DNA from: a virus
Taxonomy: Duplodnaviria > Caudoviricetes
DNA: 64,000 bases
IMG/VR virus record: IMGVR_UViG_3300028909_000001
Strand: one strand, 5' to 3'
Both the position numbers and the translations under genes were made by a program. Below the pieces are notes generated by a model, which saw only the letters and a program-made list of their open reading frames with translations, searched no databases and was not told the origin of the DNA. Positions 1-9,230 of the stretch are shown here, in pieces. Every line of letters begins with the position of its first letter. The first letter of the stretch is position 1.

Positions 1-1
1 C

Positions 2-1471
2 CCAAGTACCAGGATGATTAGTATATGCAGCCCCAGGAGCACCAGGAGTCCAATTATTGTTAAATGGCATTGATATCGAACCAACTCTATCGCCATACTT
101 TATTCTACAATATTCACCTTGAGCCCAGGCATTTAAGAATGATAAAATATTATCCCGTTCAGCCAGTATCTGGCTCTTATTAGCCATGAAATTATCAGTA
201 GCTTCTTCAGTTTCCACTTTTTTAGTTATCAAATTATCTCCATTTTTTATATTTGTCTGAATAGCCATACTACCTTGAGTAACTATCCTACTAACGTATG
301 ATTCCGCTAACTGAGGTAGTGTTTTTACTACAATATTACCTAAGGTATTAGGAGCAGGATCTATATAATAACCATTTAATACATTAACCCCTCCAACTGC
401 CCAAGTTCCTTGCAAACCTACTGTATCTGGTACTACATATACGCCTTTAATCGTATTCTCTCCATTATCATTAAAGTTAAAAGAATCATAATCAGCAGGG
501 TAAGCCACATTTCTTTGTATTGACCTTTTATTGACTAGTAGTGAAGGATCTATAGTAACTTGTAGATATGCCGCTTCAGGAACAACAAAGGCAGTTTTAT
601 TACCAACTACAAATGTCGAACCATATTGTCCTATAAAGCGTATCATTGAATTAAGTACTGTATCATCCAGACCAGACATGGCACTTATGATGGAACAGGC
701 GATGGTCGGACTACCAGCACTTAATAAGGTATTACTAGCTTGTAATACCTCATTTGAAGTATAACTTGTATTAATTTGATTTAAGAGATTCTTAACAACT
801 GGTAATAGATTATTGGCATTTATTTGTTGGGCTTCGATAACCTTGCCTAAAGCATTTTGTATGTTTAAATAACTGTTAGCTACTTGTAGAACACCAGTAG
901 TTGCTTGATATACTACTACAATTTTAAATAATTGAATAATAAATGGAATAATAGGTAATGTCAGGTCAGGTGTAAATTGTGGTCCACTAAATATGCCATA
1001 TAAAGGTAAATCACTGGTCAAGAATTGAGTATTGGCTGAAGCTGGTCCAAATTGATTAGGTTCATAAGTTACTGGTTGTTGGACCGTAAACATATTAGCA
1101 GTACCGGCGTTGAGTCCTAATATTCTAGGATAAATTTCATTCAACAATACAAACTTATGCTTGATTATTAAAGCCGAAGATAAGCTACCAGGATGTTGGG
1201 ATATATTAACACCATCCAACCAGCCATTAAATTGTAAGCAACCAGGATCATAGGATAACCCACCAGTCTTTATAGTTACCGTAAGATCTCTTCTACGGTA
1301 GTTATCAAAGTCACAGAAAGTTTGCAGTCCTGATGGATCTACATCTACTTGAGCTACAGGCAACCTATTTATTCCATAAGATATAGAAGCTCCTAATACC
1401 TTTAAGTTTGGGATAATAGCAGTTATAATCGGGTCGGTGCTGCTCAAAGTTATCTGTACATTTGTATTCAT
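2..1471 (-). CDS. Baseplate hub-like tail protein (runs off the left edge; missing from the ORF track)
   Basis: ATG at 1471 (MNTNVQITLSSTDPIITAIIPNLKVLGASISYGINRLPVAQVDV...). The first ~125 codons and last ~20 codons were translated by hand and are open; the middle was not checked. Lies two genes after the tape measure gene. Confidence 0.55.
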   Translation of the reverse strand, partial: MNTNVQITLSSTDPIITAIIPNLKVLGASISYGINRLPVAQVDVDPSGLQTFCDFDNYRRRDLTVTIKTGGLSYDPGCLQFNGWLDGVNISQHPGSLSSALIIKHKFVLLNEIYPRILGLNAGTANMFTVQQPVTYEPNQFGPASANTQFLTSDLPLYGIFSGPQFTPDLTLPIIPFIIQLFKIVVVYQATTGVLQVANSYLNIQNALGKVIEAQQINANNLLPVVKNLLNQINTSYTSNEVLQASNTLLSAGSPTIACSIISAMSGLDDTVLNSMIRFIGQYGSTFVVGNKTAFVVPEAAYLQVTIDPSLLVNKRSIQRNVAYPADYDSFNFNDNGENTIKGVYVVPDTVGLQGTWAVGGVNVLNGYYIDPAPNTLGNIVVKTLPQLAESYVSRIVTQGSMAIQTNIKNGDNLITKKVETEEATDNFMANKSQILAERDNILSFLNAWAQGEYCRIKYGDRVGSISMPFNNNWTPGAPGAAYTNHPGTW

Positions 1472-1473
1472 CT

Positions 1474-1923
1474 TTAACCTAATTTATATGAATAATTACA
1501 GATTAGCCCAGCCAATTTTTGCAAATTAGTAGTGCCATTTTCATATATATCCAAATATAAAGGATAGTTGGTATTGTAATTTAACATATTGGTAGTAGTT
1601 ATATTACCAATGACACTTGAAGCCACACTTATTAAATTTGGCGGAGTAGTTTGAAACACTGCTAAATCTTGTAATGTATAGGCTATTCTAGGATCTACTT
1701 GTTTAAAAACCTGATCTAATTTACAAGCAACTATTAACTGAGTATAAGCATTAGTTCTGGTAAGAATATCAGTCTCTGTATTGGATGGATACAATAAACT
1801 ATAGAAGCTGCTTAATTGTGTAGGTAAAGTTATGGTTGTAAAGGTTGAATCAATATATTCTCCAGCTATATTAGTGGGAGTAATATTCATCAATCTAGTT
1901 CTAAAATTATTAATGTATGACAT
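1474..1923 (-). CDS. Hypothetical tail/baseplate protein
   Basis: 149 aa, tightly packed in the tail operon. Confidence 0.5.
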   Translation of the reverse strand: MSYINNFRTRLMNITPTNIAGEYIDSTFTTITLPTQLSSFYSLLYPSNTETDILTRTNAYTQLIVACKLDQVFKQVDPRIAYTLQDLAVFQTTPPNLISVASSVIGNITTTNMLNYNTNYPLYLDIYENGTTNLQKLAGLICNYSYKLG

Positions 1924-1924
1924 A

Positions 1925-2443
1925 TTAACAGTTTGAAATAAATACTGGTGATGGCAAAGTATGATCTACAATCTCGAATTGCAGGTTATACTCTACAAAG
2001 TTTATGGCTGAAGACTCGGATGAAGCCTTAAAAGAGAAACTGGATAATACACACCAGAATGTAGTATTTCCAAAGGTTATCTGTTGTGACTTGCCTCTTA
2101 ATTGATTTCCTATTACATTCATTAACTGATCTACTCCAGGATAGTTTGTAGGTCCATTATAACTGAATTGTGAAGAAGAAGTTAAACAGGAACCAGCAAT
2201 TAACCCACTAATAGACAAACTACCCAATCCTTTACCGAAATAAAAGAAGGTAACCAAATCATTGAAGGTTAAAAAGTATTGTACCGTATCTTTATTCTGA
2301 ATGCTTACTTCACAAACTATTAACATAGCATCTGGATTAATAAGATTGGTGAGAAATGGTATATGAACAGAGTTATTTACAGTTATTCCTCCTTGAAAGA
2401 CACTGTTACCATTATCAGGGATTGTATAAAATATAGCAGCCAT
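1925..2443 (-). CDS. Tail tube-like baseplate/tube-initiator protein
   Basis: Directly after the tape measure gene; beta-rich; similar pattern to the tube gene (VSIQ..VQYF..F..L...FGK.LGSLSISGL). Confidence 0.5.
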   Translation of the reverse strand: MAAIFYTIPDNGNSVFQGGITVNNSVHIPFLTNLINPDAMLIVCEVSIQNKDTVQYFLTFNDLVTFFYFGKGLGSLSISGLIAGSCLTSSSQFSYNGPTNYPGVDQLMNVIGNQLRGKSQQITFGNTTFWCVLSSFSFKASSESSAINFVEYNLQFEIVDHTLPSPVFISNC

Positions 2444-2450
2444 ATTACGT

Positions 2451-5159
2451 TTACATGTTGGTTAAGGTACTGTTTATTTGTTGTAATTGCGTGACTAAAC
2501 TAGCAATACCATTTTTTATACCATCCATATCACTTGCTTGTTTCACAGCACTATCCTTAATTGCCTGACTATCTGCATCAGCTTGGGTCTTTTCTCCTAC
2601 TAATCCTGTTACAGTAGAATTAGAACCAGCTATGGCTTGTACGGTTTCAGCAGCTTTTTTAGCCGCATCTTCTGAATCAAATTCTTTCCCCCAATCTTTA
2701 CCTATGCCCAAGCCAAACTTTAATGTGTCTCCAGTTAATACATATTTACCATTTTTATTTTTTTCATAACCCATTCCAGCCTCACTCTGTATACCATTTA
2801 ATACATCCCAAGCATTACTACCAAGGCTACTAATAGCCTTACCTAACTGACCACCTTCCCCACCACCTTTTTGAAGGTCTGAAGCCCAACCCATCAACAT
2901 ATCATTGAAACCTTTATTCCTTTGAGCTGTATTCCCTAACGCATCTACCGTAGCTCCAACTAAAGGTTGTTTTAAGAAATCAGCAATACTACCTTGAGAA
3001 AAATCTCCAACATAACCTGATAACGTTCCACCATTAACCATATGTTGGGTAGCGGTGAATAATTGCTGAGCTGAAGCTGAATCCATATTAGCAGGATTAG
3101 CTACTAGTTTTTTCAATGCATCAGCACTTGGCCCAGCCTTTAATATGTCTTGTATAGCACTGGATTTTATTCCAAATTTCTGAGCTAAAGCTGCAAAAGT
3201 AGCTACATTTTTAGCAGCTGGTCCTTTAGCTCCAGATACAAGCATTAAATTCTCTATAGAATTAGCACCTGTTAACTTCTGTATCTGGTCTACATTTTTC
3301 ATTATACCAGCAGTTACAGTATTATCTTTTGAGAATCCCAAACTTTCAAACATGGATGAAATACCCTTATCTTTCAAATCACCACTAAACAAAGACTGAA
3401 TCATTCTTTGCATAGTAGGGGCATTCATTTTACCCATATGATAAGATACAGTTTTATCTAATAATATAGTAGATTGTACTCTATTTCTTAACAATGCATC
3501 TTGTTTAGCAAATGTACTATTATTAGCTACCGCATAATCATAAAGATACCCTTTAGATAAAGCATCTTCCCAAGCCGGTCCAAATTCCCCTTGATTTAAT
3601 CTTCTATCAGTTAACAATTGCTTAAAATTACCACTTCTAATCAAACCAGCAGCATATTTACCATAACTATTATTACCATAGAATAAGTTTATACCTTGTA
3701 GTAAACCTTGTACTTGAGCTTGTCCACCAGCTTTTAATATTTCCGGAGCATCTTGAAAACCATATCTAGTAGCAGCAGGATTGTATTGGGTATATCTCTG
3801 CATATCCACAGCATTTACACCAGTTGCTCTAGCTATACTTTCTTGAAATGCCTGCCAACCACCAGCAGTCTTATTACCAGATACGGCATAATTTCTTATT
3901 GCTTGTTGCACAGTTCCATTACCTTGAAAGTAAGTGTGCATAGCGGCTAATTGAGTAGATATACCTTGTCCAGCACTACTTAAATTCCCCTCAATAGTAC
4001 TTCTAAACATATTAGCAGTACCACCTAAATAACGAACATCTTGCCCAGTCATACCAGAAGCCATCACCATAGTCCTTAAAGCTGCCTCACTAGCCATGGG
4101 TCCTAATTCAGCACCACCTAAATGAGATAATAGAGGATTACTTCCTGCTACTCCTTGTGCCTGACCTATAACATTCAGCATAGTATCGTAACTAATACCA
4201 GTTACTCTAGCAGTGGCTTTTAAAGTACGTAGATTATTCTCTAATGCTGTCTGACCAGCTGTAGTATTGAGATTGTAATTACTGTATCCTACAAATGAGC
4301 TTAATCTATCTGCTAATTGCTTGCCACTTAAGTCATTACCAAAAGCAGATCTAGCAGCATCTAATAACTTGGGTATTCCGGCATTATTACTCCCACCAAA
4401 TTGTTCACTTATCTTTATTAAATCAGTAAATCCCTTTCCACCTACCAGACCATTTCTAATCATCTCATCTCTAGCACCCATCAAATTCTCATAACTAAAG
4501 CCCAAAGTATTAGTATAATTTACACCTCTAGTAATCTTAAAAGAATCTTCCGTACCTTTAGATATGCCAGCTTTAGCACCCTTCTCCACAGCATCAGTAA
4601 TTTGCTTAAGGCTGTCTGGGGCTAGTTTAATACCAGTATTCTGTTGATTATAGAAGTACTTCTCAAAAGCGTCTGCAGCCCCTCTAAGCTCTCCAATACT
4701 AGTACCAGTGACTTTACCTAACCCTGCAGCTCCAATGCCTTGTAGGTTAGCGAAAGCGGCCATTTGAGCTTGTATAGGGTTACCTCCTAAGAAAGGCTTC
4801 ATTAAAGTAGCAGCAATACCATCTGGATTGCTCATCATACTAGTAGCTACCGTACTTAGTAGACTATTTTGATTTAAACCGCCTAAATTCTGAAATGGCC
4901 TCCAACTAGCAACAGTATTTCTAGCTATCTGCATCATCTGAATACTCTGCTGCCTTTGAGCCATAGCATCATATATACCTTCAGGAGTACCCGGAGAAGG
5001 TATAGGAGCCATCATATTACCCATTAAGGCTGTAAGCAAGCTACCACTACCAAAAGATAGTCTATCTCCGTAACCTGCCCCAGTAGAATAGGAATGAAGC
5101 CCTGCAAATTGAGCTAGACTTGCAGGTTGTTCACCAGGTAAATATATAAAATGTCCCAT
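2451..5159 (-). CDS. Tail tape measure protein
   Basis: 902 aa, Ala/Gly/Gln-rich and helical; follows a frameshifted chaperone pair. Confidence 0.8.
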   Translation of the reverse strand: MGHFIYLPGEQPASLAQFAGLHSYSTGAGYGDRLSFGSGSLLTALMGNMMAPIPSPGTPEGIYDAMAQRQQSIQMMQIARNTVASWRPFQNLGGLNQNSLLSTVATSMMSNPDGIAATLMKPFLGGNPIQAQMAAFANLQGIGAAGLGKVTGTSIGELRGAADAFEKYFYNQQNTGIKLAPDSLKQITDAVEKGAKAGISKGTEDSFKITRGVNYTNTLGFSYENLMGARDEMIRNGLVGGKGFTDLIKISEQFGGSNNAGIPKLLDAARSAFGNDLSGKQLADRLSSFVGYSNYNLNTTAGQTALENNLRTLKATARVTGISYDTMLNVIGQAQGVAGSNPLLSHLGGAELGPMASEAALRTMVMASGMTGQDVRYLGGTANMFRSTIEGNLSSAGQGISTQLAAMHTYFQGNGTVQQAIRNYAVSGNKTAGGWQAFQESIARATGVNAVDMQRYTQYNPAATRYGFQDAPEILKAGGQAQVQGLLQGINLFYGNNSYGKYAAGLIRSGNFKQLLTDRRLNQGEFGPAWEDALSKGYLYDYAVANNSTFAKQDALLRNRVQSTILLDKTVSYHMGKMNAPTMQRMIQSLFSGDLKDKGISSMFESLGFSKDNTVTAGIMKNVDQIQKLTGANSIENLMLVSGAKGPAAKNVATFAALAQKFGIKSSAIQDILKAGPSADALKKLVANPANMDSASAQQLFTATQHMVNGGTLSGYVGDFSQGSIADFLKQPLVGATVDALGNTAQRNKGFNDMLMGWASDLQKGGGEGGQLGKAISSLGSNAWDVLNGIQSEAGMGYEKNKNGKYVLTGDTLKFGLGIGKDWGKEFDSEDAAKKAAETVQAIAGSNSTVTGLVGEKTQADADSQAIKDSAVKQASDMDGIKNGIASLVTQLQQINSTLTNM

Positions 5160-5509
5160 TAAGGTTTAGGAGGTTTCTTTGTTAACTTCTTATTAGTTAC
5201 TGCTTTAGGTTGCTGCATTAACTTCTTCATAGCTGCCAAGTTATCTTTGATTGCTTTAATTTCAGTCTTAGGTATATCCTTAATATTAGCCAATTTTTTG
5301 TTGTTGGGCAAAACTATTCCACAATAAGCTTCATACTTATCAAACACATTCTTAGCTATATCTTTGGATTTACCTGAAAGAGGGAGAAGACTAGACAACA
5401 TTAATGCCTGAACCTTTAACAATTCAGCCACTACTTGATTTTCTAGATAATTTACTAGGTAATCCTCCCTAAGCCGGCTAAACGGCATGGGATATTCAAA
5501 ACTAGTCAA
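5159..5509 (-). CDS. Tail assembly chaperone, frameshift extension (lambda gpT-like part of gpGT)
   Basis: In the -1 frame of the upstream ORF and open back to the slippery site. Confidence 0.7.
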   Translation of the reverse strand: MTSFEYPMPFSRLREDYLVNYLENQVVAELLKVQALMLSSLLPLSGKSKDIAKNVFDKYEAYCGIVLPNNKKLANIKDIPKTEIKAIKDNLAAMKKLMQQPKAVTNKKLTKKPPKP

Positions 5510-5553
5510 GCCGCCAACATACCCTCTAGTTATAGCTATGGCGCGACGGCTAT

Positions 5554-6054
5554 TTAAAAATTTTCTTTGAAACTTTCCTCAGTCAATGCCCTGACTTTCT
5601 TCTCAAAGCTCTGGAAAGCTGCTGTTATACCACTAATTTTGAAAGTAGGCCAGTTATCCATTATCTTGAGTTTTTCAATCAAATAAGTTGTGCCAGTTTT
5701 AAGGTCAGTTGGATTGCTGGTTTCATTTATACCAGCGTTAAATGGCTTTTTATCTAATTCTATTAAACTAGCTGCTATTCTATATTGAATAACTTTAATA
5801 AGGTAAGCATCATTATCCTTGGCTGTACCATTTTCTTTGTCTAGTTGCATTTGTAGCATGACTAGATTGCTTTCAGCCATATTCAATGTCTTAAACTTGG
5901 CTGTTAGTTTTCCATTAAAAAGAGTTTCCTCTGCTACATAAGGTTTATCTGCTAAGAAAGCTTTAAAGAATTGCTCCTTCTCCGCTTCAGTTAACTTCTC
6001 TTTTACTTCTTTTAATTGATCTGTCTGTGTATTAGGTAATATTAGGTCTTCCAT
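5554..6054 (-). CDS. Tail assembly chaperone (gpG-like)
   Basis: Upstream of the tape measure gene; ends on slippery heptamer A AAT TTT immediately before TAA. Confidence 0.7.
   Translation of the reverse strand: MEDLILPNTQTDQLKEVKEKLTEAEKEQFFKAFLADKPYVAEETLFNGKLTAKFKTLNMAESNLVMLQMQLDKENGTAKDNDAYLIKVIQYRIAASLIELDKKPFNAGINETSNPTDLKTGTTYLIEKLKIMDNWPTFKISGITAAFQSFEKKVRALTEESFKENF
5557..5563 (-). other. Programmed -1 ribosomal frameshift heptamer A-AAU-UUU
   Basis: X XXY YYZ heptamer in correct phase; GC-rich stem (GCCGTCG/TGGCGGC) starts 6 nt downstream; the -1 frame reads LNSRRAIAITRGYVGGLTSFEYPM into the next ORF. Confidence 0.75.
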
Positions 6055-6056
6055 AT

Positions 6057-8399
6057 TTAAAATGATTTATAATCTGTGAATATATTTTTAACGGCGAAAG
6101 GTTGTTCTTGGGAGATTAATCCCACTGCTTTGTTTGCTAGATCGGTATTTGATATATTACTTAAAGGTATGGTGATATAGGTTTGAGCATTATCATTACC
6201 TGGATAAGGATAAGTATTATTTACCGGGGTTTCAATCCAATTATTTAAGTTTTCATTTAACAAGGCATCAATTTGCTGGGATACGGTTTGAGGAATAACA
6301 TCAGAAGCTTCCAACTCATAATAACTGCTAGGTAGAAATTGAAATTTGATAGTATTGTATTGTGTAGGAGTGCTAAATACATCTAGTAGTTTAGCTGTGT
6401 TTGTAGCCTCTAATTGAGTTACCACTGCTTGTACCTGGGTTATGAACTTGTTAGATTGAGGTAATAATCCTTCTACTGGAATTTCTCCACCACCAAAGTT
6501 AGCTGCCCCAAAGTATTGTCCTTTAATACCAACTAAACTTTGAGACAATCCTATCATTACATTTGACCCATTACTAAAGCTTATTATTTCCTGGTCTGCA
6601 AATACACCAGTTACATTACTAGATAGATATAAGCTTTGATCACTTAATAGTAGTAGATCATTGGTAGTTTGAATAATTGCGTCCGGAGAAGTAGCTATGA
6701 GTGAATTGCTGGCATTTAATCCTATTTGACTAGCGTTAGCACTTATTGATGAATTGGGAGCATTTATTACAATACCAGATACACTAGATATTACAGTTGA
6801 GTTAGGATAAGTAGATACATTGTTGGTAAAGTCCTGACCATCTGTATGTAATACTATCCCGCCTTGGCTACTATATAGATATTGTGCCAAGTTTGTCTTT
6901 ACTCTCATACCACCAGAAGTACTGCTTAAATCTATATCTTGTTGAGCTGCAATACTTATATTACCACCAACCTTACCTATAATATTTCGATTAGGTTGAA
7001 CTATTAAATCCTTGGCTGGTTGAATATAGATGTTGCCACCTTCCATATTAATAGCACTACCCCAACTATCAGAAAGACTTATTCCACCATTCTTCATTAA
7101 AGCTATGCAACTCTTATTCTTTTTAAAACTAGAACCAGTTAATGGATCTACAAAGGTGATATTATTTAACTCTGTCTCTTTAGTAATATCATCATTAACA
7201 TAGAAATCCTTGGTCTGGGCTTTAAAATTAGCATAACCTATCTCTTCATTGATATAAGCTAGATAATCTTTCAGCTGTAGATAATAAAGAAAAGCTGTGT
7301 CATTGTAATTTGCATCTAGTGCAGTATAAGTATCAGTAAATGTATAATCTTCGGTAGTAGGATAATCTAATAGATCACCAGCATCACCAGTAGGGTCTTC
7401 TGGAGTTCTAATTCTATGTGGTACTCTAATCCAATCAGTTTTCTCCAAATATATACCATTGGCACTTCTAAGAATGAGTGTACCGTCTAATCCTGCTTTA
7501 ACTTGTAGCAAACCGGTATCTGGTGTTTTAGGTACAGTTCCGTCCAAAGTGTGAGGTATATTAGCAGGTTTAACTATTAAAAAGTTCACAAATTGCCCTA
7601 ATTTACCTACAAATACTTTCATTCTTTCCAACATATTTAATTGGTCAGAAGATAATTTATAGAATCTTGATAAATTAGATTCGGTTTGTGGATCGGTAGG
7701 TGATATAGCAGGATTGACGGAATTCCCCATACTTTCATCTGGATCATGAGTAGCGCCAATTTCAAGATGGATTCCTTGTCCATCATGAAATACTCTTAAC
7801 TCACCCAAAGCTGTATAATGTTGAAAGTTATGACTAATAATTCTAACCAAATCATCCAGAAAGTGACATTGAATTTGTGATAGTTCAGAAGCTTTGAGAT
7901 TAGCAAATAACTTAAATAAACCCATCATTACACCAAATTCATTGGCAATAACTTTCTCACCCTGCACAGTATCAGTAGGTAGATTATTATTTAATACTGC
8001 ACCTTTAGTTATATGAGAGGCATAACCAGTTTTATGAACTGAATCATGTACCGGCTCCCTACTAGCCAGGATTGCTTTATTAGCTAAAACTGAGGAAGCT
8101 AAAACACCATTGGATTCAGGACTAGGAATAGTGCCAATTAATATTGTACTATCACCACTTCTACCTTGACACAATACTCTAGAACCAACTCCAGGTAAGA
8201 TAGTTTCATTAAATCCCATAGCTGCACTGTAAGTAGCACAAAGGGGATGTGCTTGATAAGTCATAAATCCAGACTCACCATCAGGAGAGACAATTATACA
8301 ATGAGTAGCCGGATCACAACTAACTACAGTGGCATTAAAAATATCACTATTAAGATAGGGGGCGAAATTTTTACTCAGTTCTTGTTGACTTAGAGACAT
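6057..8399 (-). CDS. Baseplate central spike/hub (gp5/VgrG-like)
   Basis: N-terminal OB-fold-like VVSCDP...LPGVGSRVLC; C-terminal beta-helix-like short repeats (SLSDSWGSAINMEGGNIYIQPAKDLIV). Confidence 0.6.
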   Translation of the reverse strand: MSLSQQELSKNFAPYLNSDIFNATVVSCDPATHCIIVSPDGESGFMTYQAHPLCATYSAAMGFNETILPGVGSRVLCQGRSGDSTILIGTIPSPESNGVLASSVLANKAILASREPVHDSVHKTGYASHITKGAVLNNNLPTDTVQGEKVIANEFGVMMGLFKLFANLKASELSQIQCHFLDDLVRIISHNFQHYTALGELRVFHDGQGIHLEIGATHDPDESMGNSVNPAISPTDPQTESNLSRFYKLSSDQLNMLERMKVFVGKLGQFVNFLIVKPANIPHTLDGTVPKTPDTGLLQVKAGLDGTLILRSANGIYLEKTDWIRVPHRIRTPEDPTGDAGDLLDYPTTEDYTFTDTYTALDANYNDTAFLYYLQLKDYLAYINEEIGYANFKAQTKDFYVNDDITKETELNNITFVDPLTGSSFKKNKSCIALMKNGGISLSDSWGSAINMEGGNIYIQPAKDLIVQPNRNIIGKVGGNISIAAQQDIDLSSTSGGMRVKTNLAQYLYSSQGGIVLHTDGQDFTNNVSTYPNSTVISSVSGIVINAPNSSISANASQIGLNASNSLIATSPDAIIQTTNDLLLLSDQSLYLSSNVTGVFADQEIISFSNGSNVMIGLSQSLVGIKGQYFGAANFGGGEIPVEGLLPQSNKFITQVQAVVTQLEATNTAKLLDVFSTPTQYNTIKFQFLPSSYYELEASDVIPQTVSQQIDALLNENLNNWIETPVNNTYPYPGNDNAQTYITIPLSNISNTDLANKAVGLISQEQPFAVKNIFTDYKSF

Positions 8400-8467
8400 A
8401 AATGATAAAACCTAGTTTAGCTATTAAAGGATAAAGCCAAACTAGGTTGTTGTCAAATTTCTTATTA

Positions 8468-9004
8468 TTAGCTAGGACCAGTAGGAGGAAAGTTAGGATC
8501 TTGGGAAACATTAATAGGAGACCAGCCAGATGTAAGTAGTTGCAAGAATTCAATAGTAATATTATCAACTACTTGTAGGTCATCAGCGTTACCTTGGAAT
8601 GAGTAAGCAGTGACGTAACAACCAGCTAATTGAAAAGCACCAGTAGAAGTAGAACAATCAGTAGCATTTGCACCACTAAGATTAATATGAATGGTTGCTG
8701 GGTTTAAACAGACATTCCAACCTAGCAATGTAGTAAAAATATCTTGCTGAGTACCAACAAATAAACGGCCAATCGTCATGGTACCTATAGGACGACCTGG
8801 AATTATAACTGCTTGATTCTGTTGGCTAGAAAGTGTGTATCTACGAGACACTGATTGCTGATATTGAAGCTGCACATTAGTAGCTTGATAAATATCATCA
8901 AAACTACCATCCACACCTTCCCATTGTATATAAATCTGGTCAGCTGTAATTGGATGGGTGATTCCAAATTGTGGCTTGCCAAAGATGTCTTGGTTTGTTG
9001 CCAT
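8468..9004 (-). CDS. Tail tube protein
   Basis: 178 aa downstream of the sheath; beta-rich; C-terminal YSFQGNADDLQVVDNITIEF. Confidence 0.7.
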   Translation of the reverse strand: MATNQDIFGKPQFGITHPITADQIYIQWEGVDGSFDDIYQATNVQLQYQQSVSRRYTLSSQQNQAVIIPGRPIGTMTIGRLFVGTQQDIFTTLLGWNVCLNPATIHINLSGANATDCSTSTGAFQLAGCYVTAYSFQGNADDLQVVDNITIEFLQLLTSGWSPINVSQDPNFPPTGPS

Positions 9005-9029
9005 ATATTATTATCCTGTAAATATTTTG

Positions 9030-9230
9030 TTAAATTAAGCCTAAATCAGCTGCTACTTCACTAAAATTCTTATCTTCACCTTTAGTAAATCTTATCCAAC
9101 CTTTACCAGTATCTTGAATTTTATAGATTACGTTTGGTCTGCCTTCGTCATCAGCTATCAATAATGCTGTGGCCTCAGTTGTATCTAGTAATACTGGGTT
9201 TTTAAGCCCACCTGCTACTAAAATTCTCAT
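9030..9230 (-). CDS. Hypothetical protein
   Basis: 66 aa, stop/start overlap with the sheath gene. Confidence 0.6.
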   Translation of the reverse strand: MRILVAGGLKNPVLLDTTEATALLIADDEGRPNVIYKIQDTGKGWIRFTKGEDKNFSEVAADLGLI

